From an uncultured Candidatus Peribacteria bacterium (lineage in GTDB: Bacteria > Patescibacteriota > Gracilibacteria > UBA1369 > UBA12473): a stretch of DNA of 64,000 nt. Every line of letters starts with the position of its first letter. The first letter of the stretch is position 1. The DNA is taken from the NCBI GenBank assembly GCA_964436935.1, contig CAYTES010000001.1, positions 7,066-71,065 on the forward strand. Direction: 5' to 3'. Positions 1 through 9,590 of this stretch are shown here, piece by piece. The translations under genes and the position numbers were made by a program. The notes beneath the pieces were generated by a model that was not told the DNA's origin, did not search any database, and was given only the letters and a program-made list of their open reading frames with translations.

Positions 1-11
1 ACGAATTTGCA

Positions 12-1055
12 ATGGACGAGCACTCAACTTTGGAGAGTAGAACACTAGATAAATTAAAACAAATTCAGCAATGTATTCTTTTTAAGAAGATCAGTCTCGC
101 AGGCATGAGCATATTGAATGAAAAGGCAGAATGGAAAGAAATTCCGAGGGGAACTCAGTTGTTTTCTCGAAAAGGAAAGGGAGATCATCCTAACACCCTT
201 CGCCTAATCCCCTCGGAAACGCGATTTCAAATCAAAGTGGTTGAATTTGCAGAGCCACAATCCATCGTCAAGCCCGCAGGCAGTTATATGGGGGAATTTT
301 CATTCATGGAAATGAAAGATGAAACCAATCCCTTCATCAATAAAAGACTTCCGGCTTCGGTTGATGTTTTTACACAAGAGGAAACAACTCTTTTAGAAAT
401 AAATGGAGAGGCTTTTAGCCAACTGACCCCGCATGACCAAATTCAGCTCATCGAAAATATCGTCTCAAATACAGAATATTTAGGAGATGCAACGCAAGAA
501 TTGATCGCCCTACTAGAGCAGAATCCATCATTTCGAAATGGAAATGTGGTGCCGAGAGCAATTGAAAAAGGGATGGAGGAAAATGACGTTGAAAGACGAG
601 TATTTAGAGGAAAAGAAATGATTTTACCAAAGGAAGGATGCATCACCGTGATTCAAGAAGGAACCTTTCAAATTGAAAAAATGGAGATTCAAGCAATGCT
701 TGAACTTGAAGAAGAGCGTTCAAGCACAAAGGTCATTGCACGGGTTGAAGCGCCAGAAGTGGTCCATGAGAAATATGCCATTACCGGAAAGGCCGAAGGC
801 ATCTTAAGAGCCATAGGGCCTGTCTCTGTGGTATATGTACCCATTAAAACGGGAAGCTTGGAGGATCAAAAAGCAAAACTCATGGCAATTGCAGAAATTC
901 AACAACGGCATATTGTTACGACTCAAAAGGAAATTGAAAACCTCAAAATCAATCAAAAAAAAACCGAACAAGGAGCAGAGAAAGAGGTAGCAAATAATAG
1001 GATGGGGTTTGGTTCACGCTTAATGAGGTGGTTAAAATCTGGTAGTCAGAAATAA
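12..1055 (+). CDS. hypothetical protein, possible cyclic-nucleotide-binding-like N-terminal region
   Basis: 347-aa ORF. The frame stays open back to nt 3, so the true start may lie upstream of the window. The segment GEFSFME...NKRLPASVDVFTQEETTLLEI resembles the FGE...R.A.V.A core of cNMP-binding domains (by eye only). Confidence 0.55.
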   Translation: MDEHSTLESRTLDKLKQIQQCILFKKISLAGMSILNEKAEWKEIPRGTQLFSRKGKGDHPNTLRLIPSETRFQIKVVEFAEPQSIVKPAGSYMGEFSFMEMKDETNPFINKRLPASVDVFTQEETTLLEINGEAFSQLTPHDQIQLIENIVSNTEYLGDATQELIALLEQNPSFRNGNVVPRAIEKGMEENDVERRVFRGKEMILPKEGCITVIQEGTFQIEKMEIQAMLELEEERSSTKVIARVEAPEVVHEKYAITGKAEGILRAIGPVSVVYVPIKTGSLEDQKAKLMAIAEIQQRHIVTTQKEIENLKINQKKTEQGAEKEVANNRMGFGSRLMRWLKSGSQK

Positions 1056-1119
1056 GGGGAGAATATCCAAAATAACGTCGAATCGCTCGGCTTATAGGTA
1101 CAAGCACAGGTTCCCGTAA

Positions 1120-3102
1120 TCAAAGCCCCGCCTCCTCCTTCATCAGATCAATTTCATCCCGCAACTCAGCGGCTTTCTCAAATTCCATATTTTGGGCGGC
1201 CAAATCCATTTCGGCTTCCAAGGAACGGATGAGGCGCTGAATTTCATCCTTAGGAACCTTCTTCACATCATAATGACGCACCTGTTTCTTGGCCTCATTC
1301 TCTTTATGCATGGCCAGATCCCGAATGGCTTTCACAATCGTTTCAGGGGTGATGCCATGCTTTTCATTGTGAGCCAACTGAATCACTCGACGCCGGTTGG
1401 TTTCATCAATGGCCGCCTGCATGGATCGAGTCATATTATTCGCATACATGATGACAAATCCATTCACGTGCCGTGCCGCCCGTCCAATGGTCTGGATGAG
1501 TGACGTTTCGGATCGAAGAAACCCTTCTTTATCCGCATCCAAAATGGCGATCAACGACACCTCCGGTAAATCCAACCCTTCGCGAAGTAAGTTGATTCCA
1601 ATCAACACATCAAATTTTCCCAACCGTAGATCGCGTAAAATTTCAATTCGTTCCATGGTATCGATATCAGAATGGAGGTAACGCACTTTGATTCCCTTAT
1701 CCACAAAGAAATCGGTCAAATCCTCGGCAGAGCGCTTGGTGAGGGTCGTGACCAAAATACGTTCTCGTCGATCAATCCGAGCATGAATCTCATCCAAAAG
1801 ATCCAAAATTTGGCCCTCTTTAGGACGAATGACCACTTCGGGATCCAACAAGCCGGTCGGCCGGATGATCTGCTGAGCAATCCATTTTTTAGGGGTATTC
1901 GCATACTCATACTTCCCGGGAGTGGCGGAAACAAAAATCGCTTGATCAATGTGTTTTTCAAATTCTTCAAACTTGAGAGGGCGATTGTCGTGCGCCGAAG
2001 GCAAACGAAATCCATACTCCACCAAATTTTGTTTACGGCTGTAATTCCCATTATGCATGGCTCCAATCTGAGGAATAGTGATATGAGACTCATCCACCAC
2101 CATCAAAAAATCATCCGGAAAATAATCGATAAGCGTAGCAGGTTGTTCACCGGCTTCCCGCGCATTCAAATAACGAGTGTAGTTTTCAATCCCGCTACAA
2201 TATCCAGTTTCCTGTAAAATCTCTAAATCGTATTCCGTACGCGTTTTCAACCGTTCCGCCTCCAAGCCTTTCCCGATCGACTGGAGCTGCTTGTAGCGGA
2301 TCTCCAAATCGGCACGGATGGGGGCAATCGCCGCATCGATCCTTTCGCGTGTCGTCACATCATGCTTGGCCGGAAACACATGAATGGACTCCATTTCATG
2401 CAGCACCTCGCCGGTAAAACAATCCGCTTCAACAATTTTTTCAATATCATCTCCAAAAAATTCCAAACGATAAATCGTGTCCTGACCGGGAGGGAAAATT
2501 TCCACCACATCTCCCAACACATGAAACATCCCCTGTTTAAAATCGGTGGACGAACGAACATATTGAAGATCCGTGAGATGACGGAGCAATTTATCTCGTT
2601 TGCGATCCTCTCCCACTTTAATCTCCAAACTCAAATTCTTATACTCATCCGGTGATCCCAATCCGTAAATACACGAAACCGACGCCACAATAATCACATC
2701 GCGCCGCGTCAATAAATGGGCCGTCGCCGCATGGCGAAACTTATTAATCTCTTCATTGATGGCAGAATCTTTTTCAATGTAAGTGTCCGTTCGGGGGTTA
2801 TATGCCTCCGGCTGATAATAATCATAGTAAGACACAAAATAATGGACCGAATTTTTAGGGAAAAACTCACGAAATTCGGTACACAGTTGAGCGGCCAGTG
2901 TTTTATTATGGGCAATCACCAAGGTCGGTTTTTGAACTTGTGCAATAACGGAAGCGATCGAAAAGGTTTTACCCGTTCCCGTTGCCCCCAATAAAGTTTG
3001 GTATTTTTGACCGGCCTTAAGCCCTTTCATCATGGCCTCAATAGCGGCGGGCTGATCACCTTTTGGTGTAAATTCGGAAAGCAGTTCAAAACGTTGAGAC
3101 AT
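1120..3102 (-). CDS. uvrB: excinuclease ABC subunit B
   Basis: Walker A GATGTGKT, helicase box VVDESH, C-terminal UVR motif [12 protein letters not shown]. Start moved to the internal ATG (cat at 3100-3102), giving [11 protein letters not shown]. The 23 upstream codons of the tracked ORF look non-coding. Confidence 0.95.
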   Translation of the reverse strand: MSQRFELLSEFTPKGDQPAAIEAMMKGLKAGQKYQTLLGATGTGKTFSIASVIAQVQKPTLVIAHNKTLAAQLCTEFREFFPKNSVHYFVSYYDYYQPEAYNPRTDTYIEKDSAINEEINKFRHAATAHLLTRRDVIIVASVSCIYGLGSPDEYKNLSLEIKVGEDRKRDKLLRHLTDLQYVRSSTDFKQGMFHVLGDVVEIFPPGQDTIYRLEFFGDDIEKIVEADCFTGEVLHEMESIHVFPAKHDVTTRERIDAAIAPIRADLEIRYKQLQSIGKGLEAERLKTRTEYDLEILQETGYCSGIENYTRYLNAREAGEQPATLIDYFPDDFLMVVDESHITIPQIGAMHNGNYSRKQNLVEYGFRLPSAHDNRPLKFEEFEKHIDQAIFVSATPGKYEYANTPKKWIAQQIIRPTGLLDPEVVIRPKEGQILDLLDEIHARIDRRERILVTTLTKRSAEDLTDFFVDKGIKVRYLHSDIDTMERIEILRDLRLGKFDVLIGINLLREGLDLPEVSLIAILDADKEGFLRSETSLIQTIGRAARHVNGFVIMYANNMTRSMQAAIDETNRRRVIQLAHNEKHGITPETIVKAIRDLAMHKENEAKKQVRHYDVKKVPKDEIQRLIRSLEAEMDLAAQNMEFEKAAELRDEIDLMKEEAGL

Positions 3103-3198
3103 AAAAACGATAAAAAGATAAACCCGAATGTAGGGCTTAAGGACTTTAGCAAAGATAATCGAAAAGGACAAGTTATACCCCCCGCAACAAGAATTTAG

Positions 3199-3226
3199 TT
3201 TACAAAAAAAAATGATGTGGTAAAAT
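3199..3226 (+). promoter_or_regulatory. candidate sigma-70 promoter with extended -10
   Basis: TTTACA (3199-3204), 16-nt spacer, TGgTAAAAT (TG at 3218-3219, hexamer 3221-3226), just upstream of the next CDS. Confidence 0.3.
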
Positions 3227-3237
3227 GCAAAACCTTA

Positions 3238-4413
3238 ATGATAAAATCAACTATGGCAACGTCATTTCAGGGATACATTGAAGGGACAGGAGGAAGAGAA
3301 CCCCAAGAAGAATCCATTGTAGAAGAAGGAATTGAAGATCCACGACTAAGAAAAGTAGGCATTGTTGTAGAAAAATTGGTTCGGTTTCTAGCAAAACATG
3401 TGGACCCCAGCCTTGAAGAAATTGTAGGCCTTTTTGGAACGGACGGACTGAATTTAGTTGAAATTCTGAAAGAAATCGATCGAGAACTAGAAGAATTTGA
3501 AGAAATCCGCGCACCGCAACTGCTCACACAAGAACGTATTCATAAAGTTATTTTCATCAAAGGCGTGCCGAATGCCCTATGGCGTTTAGATGCGGGAGTC
3601 TACGGATACCTAAAGCAAATAATCCGAATTTTAATAACAGCATTGATCCAAGCTTCTAAAAAAGGAGAAAAAAATCGAATCGAATTCAAGGAAATTCCTT
3701 GGGTGCTCAAAAGCGGTTCTCATCCCACCCTTGGGGAAAAAGCACATTTGCATGTCAGAGGAATGGCTGAATATCCTCGCGCCTATCAAAATGAGGAGCA
3801 TTTCAAAGAAAGAATTTTAAATAATGTCCTGTGTGAATTCATTATGGCGGCCCTTGATAAAGAAGATAACATACTCCAAGAAAGCATTTTGGAAGCGATT
3901 CGAGACAACGATGTAGCGTTCATCAATGAAATATTGAAAGATACAGGAGAAAAAAAAGTTGAAACCATACTTTGGCTGTTGGGGCACAGCTTTGGGCCCA
4001 AAATCATCCTCGACGCGCTGCTCAAAATGAAACGCATGGGGATCAAACTGCCTAAAAATGTAAAAATTGTAATGGGCGGCTTTGCTCCAGCGCTTAACCC
4101 TAAGTTATGTGGAATAAAATTTCTTCAGAAATTAAGTCCCGAAACCACTCCGGCCGAATTGGAAGAGGTTCTTGAAATGGTGGATGGTGCTTTTTATGCA
4201 GGATTAGAGCCGGATCAATTATTCGGAGTTCCCCAAATTGACCCAACCAAATTCAAGCATGTAAAAATAGTAGAACTAAAGGGAAGAAAGTGGGAAAGGA
4301 GAGGATTGATTTTAGCCCACATGAGCGCCATGACCAATCCTGAAATACTGGACGAATGGAGGAGTTTCATTCAAGAATTGCTTCAAGACCTATTTGCAGA
4401 GGTCGAACAATAA
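3238..4413 (+). CDS. hypothetical protein with alpha/beta-hydrolase-type nucleophile elbow
   Basis: Long ORF with a G-x-S-x-G motif in WLLGHSFGPKII. The tracked start at 3217 is GTG inside the putative -10 element, so ATG 3238 (or 3253) is preferred. Confidence 0.6.
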   Translation: MIKSTMATSFQGYIEGTGGREPQEESIVEEGIEDPRLRKVGIVVEKLVRFLAKHVDPSLEEIVGLFGTDGLNLVEILKEIDRELEEFEEIRAPQLLTQERIHKVIFIKGVPNALWRLDAGVYGYLKQIIRILITALIQASKKGEKNRIEFKEIPWVLKSGSHPTLGEKAHLHVRGMAEYPRAYQNEEHFKERILNNVLCEFIMAALDKEDNILQESILEAIRDNDVAFINEILKDTGEKKVETILWLLGHSFGPKIILDALLKMKRMGIKLPKNVKIVMGGFAPALNPKLCGIKFLQKLSPETTPAELEEVLEMVDGAFYAGLEPDQLFGVPQIDPTKFKHVKIVELKGRKWERRGLILAHMSAMTNPEILDEWRSFIQELLQDLFAEVEQ

Positions 4414-4478
4414 GATCAATGCATTAAAAATGAAGCGCCCTAGAAACAAAAGGTGTTTTTCTTTAAAATGAAAGTCCC

Positions 4479-6236
4479 ATGGAAAACCACTACTTCTTTC
4501 TCATTAAAACCGCATGGGCGTTTGCAAGGCATCATCGCACCACAATGGTAGTGGTGTATGTGATGTTCGTGATAGCCAATCTTATCGCCATGAGCGAGCC
4601 GTTGGTTTTGGGATTATTTTTAAATAAGCTCCAAGAGGGAGGAGATGATCTGCTTCATATGTCGATTCTCTATCTGGGATTTTATGCCAGTTTGGAATTT
4701 TTCTTTTGGATTTTCCATGGAAATGCCCGTGTAATGGAACGACAAATCGGATTCGATATCGTACGAAATTTCAAAGAACAATTATTCAAAGAAGTCGCGA
4801 GTCTTCCGCTCAAATGGCACAAAGACCACCATTCGGGAGGAGTGGTGAGCCGCATCGAAAAAGCAACCAAGGCATTAAACGGATTCACACAAGACAGCTA
4901 TATATTCATCGAAACGATTGTACGTTTTATCGTCTGCATCGTGGCCTTTTTCCTCATCTTACCCGCCTCGGGATTCATGGCCTTGGGGATGGGAATCCTT
5001 ATTGTAATCACCATTTTTAAATTTGATCGCATTTTGATCAGCACCCTAAAAGCCGTGAATGAAAAAATTCATCTTTCGGATTCCACCTTCTATGACTATA
5101 TGAGCAACATCATGACCGTCATCACCTTACGGTTGGAAAATCTCGCCCGAAGCGAATTGGTGAACAAAATAAATGCAATTTTCCCCATCTGGAGAAAAAA
5201 TATCAGGGTGAATGAAGTGAAATGGTTTTCGATCAGCATGGGCCTGGCACTCACCAACTTTGCCATCCTCATTTTTTATATTTATTCCGAAACCAAAGGA
5301 GGTGGGGTCATCATGATCGGGAGCTTCATCGCATTGTATCAATACACGTCCCGCTTCATCGAGGTCTTCTTCGGACTTGCATGGAAATACGAACAATTGG
5401 TTTGGTACAGCACCGATTTGAAGTCGGTAAATCCCATTCGAAAAACATTTGAAAAAATGGAAAAAAAAGATCAAACCAAACCTCCAACGGACTGGGATAC
5501 CATCACGATCAAAAATCTTTATTTCCGCTATGAAGATGAAAAAAACGAAAAACACAATCTGGACAATATCAACCTAGAACTCAAGCGAAGCCTCAAAATC
5601 GCCTTCATCGGCGAAAGTGGAAGCGGAAAAAGCACGTTGATGACCCTACTTCGCGGACTGGAAAATCCAAATAAGGTAAAAGTCCTGATCGATGGAAAAC
5701 GCTTTGAAACCCTCAAGTCAATTTCCAACTGGGTCACGTTGATCCCCCAAGAAGCCGAGATTTTTGAAAATACGATTGAATACAATGTGACGGCAGGAGT
5801 GGCCCATAAAAAAACGGAAGTGGTGAAAGCGTGCGAACTGGCCTGTTTCAATAAAGTACTCAAGCGGCTTCCCAAAGGAATAAAAACCAACATCAAAGAA
5901 AAAGGGGTTAACCTTTCCGGCGGCGAAAAACAGCGCTTGGCATTGGCGCGAGGACTGTTTGCGGGCCAAAACAGCAGCATTCTGATTCTCGACGAACCCA
6001 CCAGCAGTATGGATACGAAAAACGAACTCGAAATTTACGACAATTTATTTCATGAATTCAAAGATCGTTGCATTGTGGCGTCGGTACATCGACTGCACTT
6101 ACTCAAAAAATTCGATGTGATCTATCTATTTGATGGAGGAAAATTGATAGAACGCGGCAATTTTGAACTATTAAAAAAGAACGAAATGTTTCAAAAAATC
6201 TGGAAGATTTATGAAAAAAGTTTAAAGTCAGAGTAA
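4479..6236 (+). CDS. ABC exporter, fused permease/ATPase (MsbA-type architecture)
   Basis: N-terminal six-TM-like hydrophobic half. Walker A GESGSGKST, signature LSGGEKQRLALARGL, Walker B ILILDEPTS. Confidence 0.9.
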   Translation: MENHYFFLIKTAWAFARHHRTTMVVVYVMFVIANLIAMSEPLVLGLFLNKLQEGGDDLLHMSILYLGFYASLEFFFWIFHGNARVMERQIGFDIVRNFKEQLFKEVASLPLKWHKDHHSGGVVSRIEKATKALNGFTQDSYIFIETIVRFIVCIVAFFLILPASGFMALGMGILIVITIFKFDRILISTLKAVNEKIHLSDSTFYDYMSNIMTVITLRLENLARSELVNKINAIFPIWRKNIRVNEVKWFSISMGLALTNFAILIFYIYSETKGGGVIMIGSFIALYQYTSRFIEVFFGLAWKYEQLVWYSTDLKSVNPIRKTFEKMEKKDQTKPPTDWDTITIKNLYFRYEDEKNEKHNLDNINLELKRSLKIAFIGESGSGKSTLMTLLRGLENPNKVKVLIDGKRFETLKSISNWVTLIPQEAEIFENTIEYNVTAGVAHKKTEVVKACELACFNKVLKRLPKGIKTNIKEKGVNLSGGEKQRLALARGLFAGQNSSILILDEPTSSMDTKNELEIYDNLFHEFKDRCIVASVHRLHLLKKFDVIYLFDGGKLIERGNFELLKKNEMFQKIWKIYEKSLKSE

Positions 6237-6255
6237 GTTAGTCTTAAATTCTTCA

Positions 6256-7395
6256 ATGTTTAATTTCAACTCAAAAAAATCCTGGCAGTTTTTCTTACTC
6301 ATGATGGGAGGAATCGTATTGAGTATGGGAAGTGGCCATTCTCTAACACGGGCCCAAGAGACGGAAACTACAACACCAATAGTAACCGATTATGACGAAC
6401 AGTTCTATCAAGGGGAGGTGGTTGAAATTATGGAAGAAAGTGAAAGCGAAGGATGGGAAGGGACAACCAACCATCAAACCCTTCAAGTGGAAATCGAAAA
6501 TGGAGAGCTGAAAGGGGAAATTCTAACCCTGGAATACGAATCCACAGCGAATTCTCAAAAAAGTTTAGAGGTGGGTGATCGTGTCGTGATCGTGGAACAT
6601 GCAGGAGCGGAGCAAAAGGAATACACCATTTTTGAAGCGTACCGGGTTCCCAGCTTGGCCTGGCTGTTTATGATTTTCGTAGGACTCACCGCCCTAATTT
6701 CGGGGAAAAAAGGCCTCTCATCCCTCCTGGGACTCGCCTTCACCTTCCTGGTACTGATCGAAGGCGCGGTTCCGCTCATCATAAAAGGTTGGGATCCTCT
6801 CGGGGTAAGTTTTGGAGCCGCACTACTCATCATGGTTATTTCAATTTCACTAGCACATGGATTTCACAAGCGCACCTTTTTGGCAATCGTGAGCACCGCC
6901 ATCACGTTGCATTTGGCCTTAGCCTTGGGATGGATGGCTGTTTCCTTCTCCAAACTATTTGGTCTGGGATCGGAAGATGCGGTGTTCTTGAGTTTTGGTG
7001 AATTCTCAAATATTGATTTGAAGGGACTCCTTCTCGGAGCCATCGTGATCGGATCGTTGGGAGTACTGGATGACATCACCACCGCCCAAACCGCGACCAT
7101 CGAAGAAATCCACAAAGCCAACACCAAGCTTCATTTCAAAGACCTCTACCAACGCGGACTTTCCGTGGGCAAAGAACACATTGCCTCACTAGTAAACACT
7201 CTTATTTTGGCTTACGTGGGAGCCAGCTTCCCCATTTTAATTCTTCTCGTCAGCTCCACGACTCCCCTGTGGGTCACGCTCAATAACGAGTTCATGGCGG
7301 AAGAGATCGTGAGAACCTTAATCGGAAGCATCACACTCATCACGGCTGTACCAATTTCAACGGTACTGGCAGCGTGGATGTATGGGAGGAAATAA
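6256..7395 (+). CDS. YibE/F-like integral membrane protein
   Basis: Signal/TM helix, a soluble ~110-aa domain, then multiple TM helices. GVLDDITTAQTATIEEI resembles the conserved YibE/F segment. Confidence 0.7.
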   Translation: MFNFNSKKSWQFFLLMMGGIVLSMGSGHSLTRAQETETTTPIVTDYDEQFYQGEVVEIMEESESEGWEGTTNHQTLQVEIENGELKGEILTLEYESTANSQKSLEVGDRVVIVEHAGAEQKEYTIFEAYRVPSLAWLFMIFVGLTALISGKKGLSSLLGLAFTFLVLIEGAVPLIIKGWDPLGVSFGAALLIMVISISLAHGFHKRTFLAIVSTAITLHLALALGWMAVSFSKLFGLGSEDAVFLSFGEFSNIDLKGLLLGAIVIGSLGVLDDITTAQTATIEEIHKANTKLHFKDLYQRGLSVGKEHIASLVNTLILAYVGASFPILILLVSSTTPLWVTLNNEFMAEEIVRTLIGSITLITAVPISTVLAAWMYGRK

Positions 7396-7405
7396 CGATT
7401 TAAAT

Positions 7406-8094
7406 ATGAACAAAAATATTAAGGATGTTATGAGACTAATCTATCTAGCAGATATAAATTTTCTCATCTGTAAAAAAATTTATGACTATCTAGATCCTCA
7501 AAATAGAAAAGAAAATTATGATTTCTTACTTTTGTCGGCAAATAATGCCTTTATGGAATCAATCGGAATTATCCATACGCTTATAGCTTCAACAAAAAAG
7601 AAGAAGTTCGCATAAAACCACTTTTAGAAGAAATAATAAAAAAAGAAAAAACGTCGATGCCAAAAATTTTGGATCAAAAAGTTTATGAATTTTTGAGAAA
7701 AATTGAAGAAGATTATCCAATTATTGATTTTTATTCAGAAAAATATAGTTTCCTACAGGTAGCAGACGCTCGACCACGAGGAAATATAATGGCTGATATA
7801 AGAAAGAAAAAAAGAATAACAGCTGGCTTAGATGAACTAGAAAAACTAAAAATAGAATTCGAAAAAGCAAAATTCCATAAAATTAGACATCAAAGCGGAG
7901 CACACAAAAATAAACTTTTACCCGAACCCGGAGGCGCAACTTTTATGTTAATAAGACCTACATTGATTAATGAATTGGAAATAATAATAAAAAAAATAAG
8001 AATAAGTGGAAGTATATGGTTTGACTATTCTTATGATAATCCATTTAGAAACACGATTATTTCTTTAGAAAAAATACTCACTGCATCAACGTGA
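7406..8094 (+). pseudogene. HEPN (AbiU2-like) gene split by a frameshift
   Basis: Two adjacent ORFs (7406-7615 and 7657-8094) lie in different frames. The downstream frame is open from at least 7561. A single -1 shift in the A6 run at 7594-7599 joins ...GIIHTLIASTKK to EEVRIKPLLEEIIKKEKTSMPKILDQ.... The C-terminal part carries R-x5-H (KIRHQSGAHKNK), like the Rx4-6H of HEPN nucleases. The region is visibly AT-richer than its flanks. Confidence 0.4.
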
Positions 8095-8097
8095 GCC

Positions 8098-8125
8098 ATT
8101 TGTGGATCTCGTAGGTCCCACAAAT
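8098..8125. terminator. hairpin between convergent AbiU2-like ORF and tRNA
   Basis: ATTTGTGG (8098-8105) pairs with CCACAAAT (8118-8125), with a 12-nt loop. It starts 4 nt after the stop at 8094. There is no clear U-tract. Confidence 0.3.
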
Positions 8126-8184
8126 ACGAACAACCTTATTAGGGAAAGGGGTCCCCACCGCTAGGTTGTCCCTTATCGCTATTT

Positions 8185-8261
8185 TGGTGGGCAATACAGG
8201 GCTCGAACCTGTGACCTTTGGCTCCGCAAGCCAACGCTCTATCCACCTGAGCTAATTGCCC
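8185..8261 (-). tRNA. tRNA-Arg (anticodon GCG)
   Basis: The reverse complement folds as a cloverleaf: acceptor GGGCAAT/ATTGCCC, D stem GCTC/GAGC, anticodon stem TTGGC/GCCAA with loop TTGCGGA (U33, GCG, G37), T arm ACAGG-TTCGAGC-CCTGT, discriminator A, encoded CCA. Length 77 nt. Confidence 0.9.
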
Positions 8262-8285
8262 GTAACCTTACCCTAATGTGAGGGA

Positions 8286-8313
8286 ATTATACGTTGGAAC
8301 AAAGGAAAATCAA
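8286..8313 (-). promoter_or_regulatory. candidate promoter of tRNA-Arg
   Basis: On the minus strand: TTGATT (8313-8308), 16-nt spacer, TATAAT (8291-8286). The -10 element ends 24 nt upstream of the mature tRNA 5' end. Confidence 0.45.
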
Positions 8314-8377
8314 GAGAAGTGAAATCGATCCATGTTTAAATTTTAGAAAAGCGTCTATGGGGATTTCATCTTCACAA

Positions 8378-8445
8378 GAAATTTTACTGTTTTCCAAGTG
8401 AGCCTGAGTCCGCGTACTGACGAACGAGGGAAATAGTAAAATTTC
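8378..8445 (+). repeat. conserved-core long hairpin element, copy R1
   Basis: Arms GAAATTTTACTGTTTTCC and GGGAAATAGTAAAATTTC pair at 18 positions, 2 of them G-T. The arms plus apex read TTTTCCAAGTGAGCCTGAGTCCGCG..CGAACGAGGGAAAT, which is shared with other copies. The element lies 19 nt downstream of the rpe stop. Confidence 0.7.
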
Positions 8446-8463
8446 TCGCCATAAAATAAAAAC

Positions 8464-9111
8464 TTATCTCAAATTCAACCCCCTCAACGTATTTATCGCC
8501 GCCACCCGATCCGCCGCACTAAAAATATAAGACCCGGCAACCAACGCATTTGCCCCGGCATCCAGTGCTTGCTGACCCGTTTCCGCATTGATCCCTCCGT
8601 CCATACAAATATCCAACTCCGGATAACGTTCTCGAATCCAGGATACTTTAGATAAAGCCTCAGGAATAAAGGACTGTCCGCCAAACCCCGGATTCACGGT
8701 CATGACCAAAACCTGATCCACCAAACTCAGATAAGGAACAATAGCTTCAATTTCAGTCGGTGGATTGAGCGACAAGGCCGGCTTAACACCCAAGACACGA
8801 ATTGCTTTCAACACCTCGGCAGTATTTTCTTGCGTGGCTTCCCAATGAATAGTAATCATCCAGGCCCCCGCCTTCGCAAAATCTTCAATATACCGCTCCG
8901 GCTCCGAAATCATCAAATGACACTCCAACGGAACTCGACTCTTCAAGCATTTCACGACCGGGGCTCCCAACGTTAAATTCGGCACAAAATGACCATCCAT
9001 CACATCGACATGAATAAAATCCACATGCTCATCCACCGAAGCAATTTCGGCATTCAATTGTCCAAAATCAGCCGATAAGATGGAAGGCGCAATTTTGAGA
9101 GAAAGAGGCAT
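8464..9111 (-). CDS. rpe: ribulose-phosphate 3-epimerase
   Basis: HVDVMDGHFVPN and MTVNPGFGGQSF motifs; full-length 215 aa. Confidence 0.95.
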   Translation of the reverse strand: MPLSLKIAPSILSADFGQLNAEIASVDEHVDFIHVDVMDGHFVPNLTLGAPVVKCLKSRVPLECHLMISEPERYIEDFAKAGAWMITIHWEATQENTAEVLKAIRVLGVKPALSLNPPTEIEAIVPYLSLVDQVLVMTVNPGFGGQSFIPEALSKVSWIRERYPELDICMDGGINAETGQQALDAGANALVAGSYIFSAADRVAAINTLRGLNLR

Positions 9112-9119
9112 AAAAAAAT

Positions 9120-9560
9120 CTATTCGTGGTCCATTTGATTGATTTTTTCCACCCGCGATTCATGGCGTCCTCCCTCAAAAGGAGTTTCCAAAAAGACTTT
9201 CAACATCGCCTTGGCCACTTCCTCGCCCACAATTCGTTCCCCCATACAAATGACATTCGCATTGTTGTGAGCCCTTGCATACCGCGCCAAAGTTTCATTG
9301 GTGCACGAAGCCGCCCGAATTCCTTTCTGTTTATTCGCAGCCATACACATCCCGGTTCCACTCCCACAAACCAAAAGACCAAAACTACCCTCATTCTCAT
9401 ACACTTTTTCCGAAACTTCACGAGCAATATCCGGATAATCCCGAGTGCCTCCCTCAAACACACCCAAATCGGTCGTTTCAATCTTCAAACTCTCGGCATA
9501 CTCTTTCAAAACATTTTTAAGACGATAACCCGCATGATCGGAACCAAGATAGAGCCGCAT
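9120..9560 (-). CDS. rpiB: ribose-5-phosphate isomerase B
   Basis: GSDHAGYRLK N-terminus and active-site region LVCGSGTGMCMAANK; 146 aa. Confidence 0.93.
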   Translation of the reverse strand: MRLYLGSDHAGYRLKNVLKEYAESLKIETTDLGVFEGGTRDYPDIAREVSEKVYENEGSFGLLVCGSGTGMCMAANKQKGIRAASCTNETLARYARAHNNANVICMGERIVGEEVAKAMLKVFLETPFEGGRHESRVEKINQMDHE

Positions 9561-9590
9561 AGAAAAAAATTTAAAATAAATAAAACCGTA

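Noticed and set aside
7380-8270. An integrated mobile element or prophage remnant at tRNA-Arg.
   Set aside because: There is no integrase. I found no direct repeat of the tRNA 3' end bounding the AT-rich segment. Only the compositional shift and the HEPN-like gene are supported.
8403-8445. A hammerhead-ribozyme-like CUGACGA box in hairpin copy R1.
   Set aside because: The box is not conserved in the other copies (R4a and R4b lack it). I could not draw a matching GAAA/stem II/stem III arrangement or a cleavage-site triplet.
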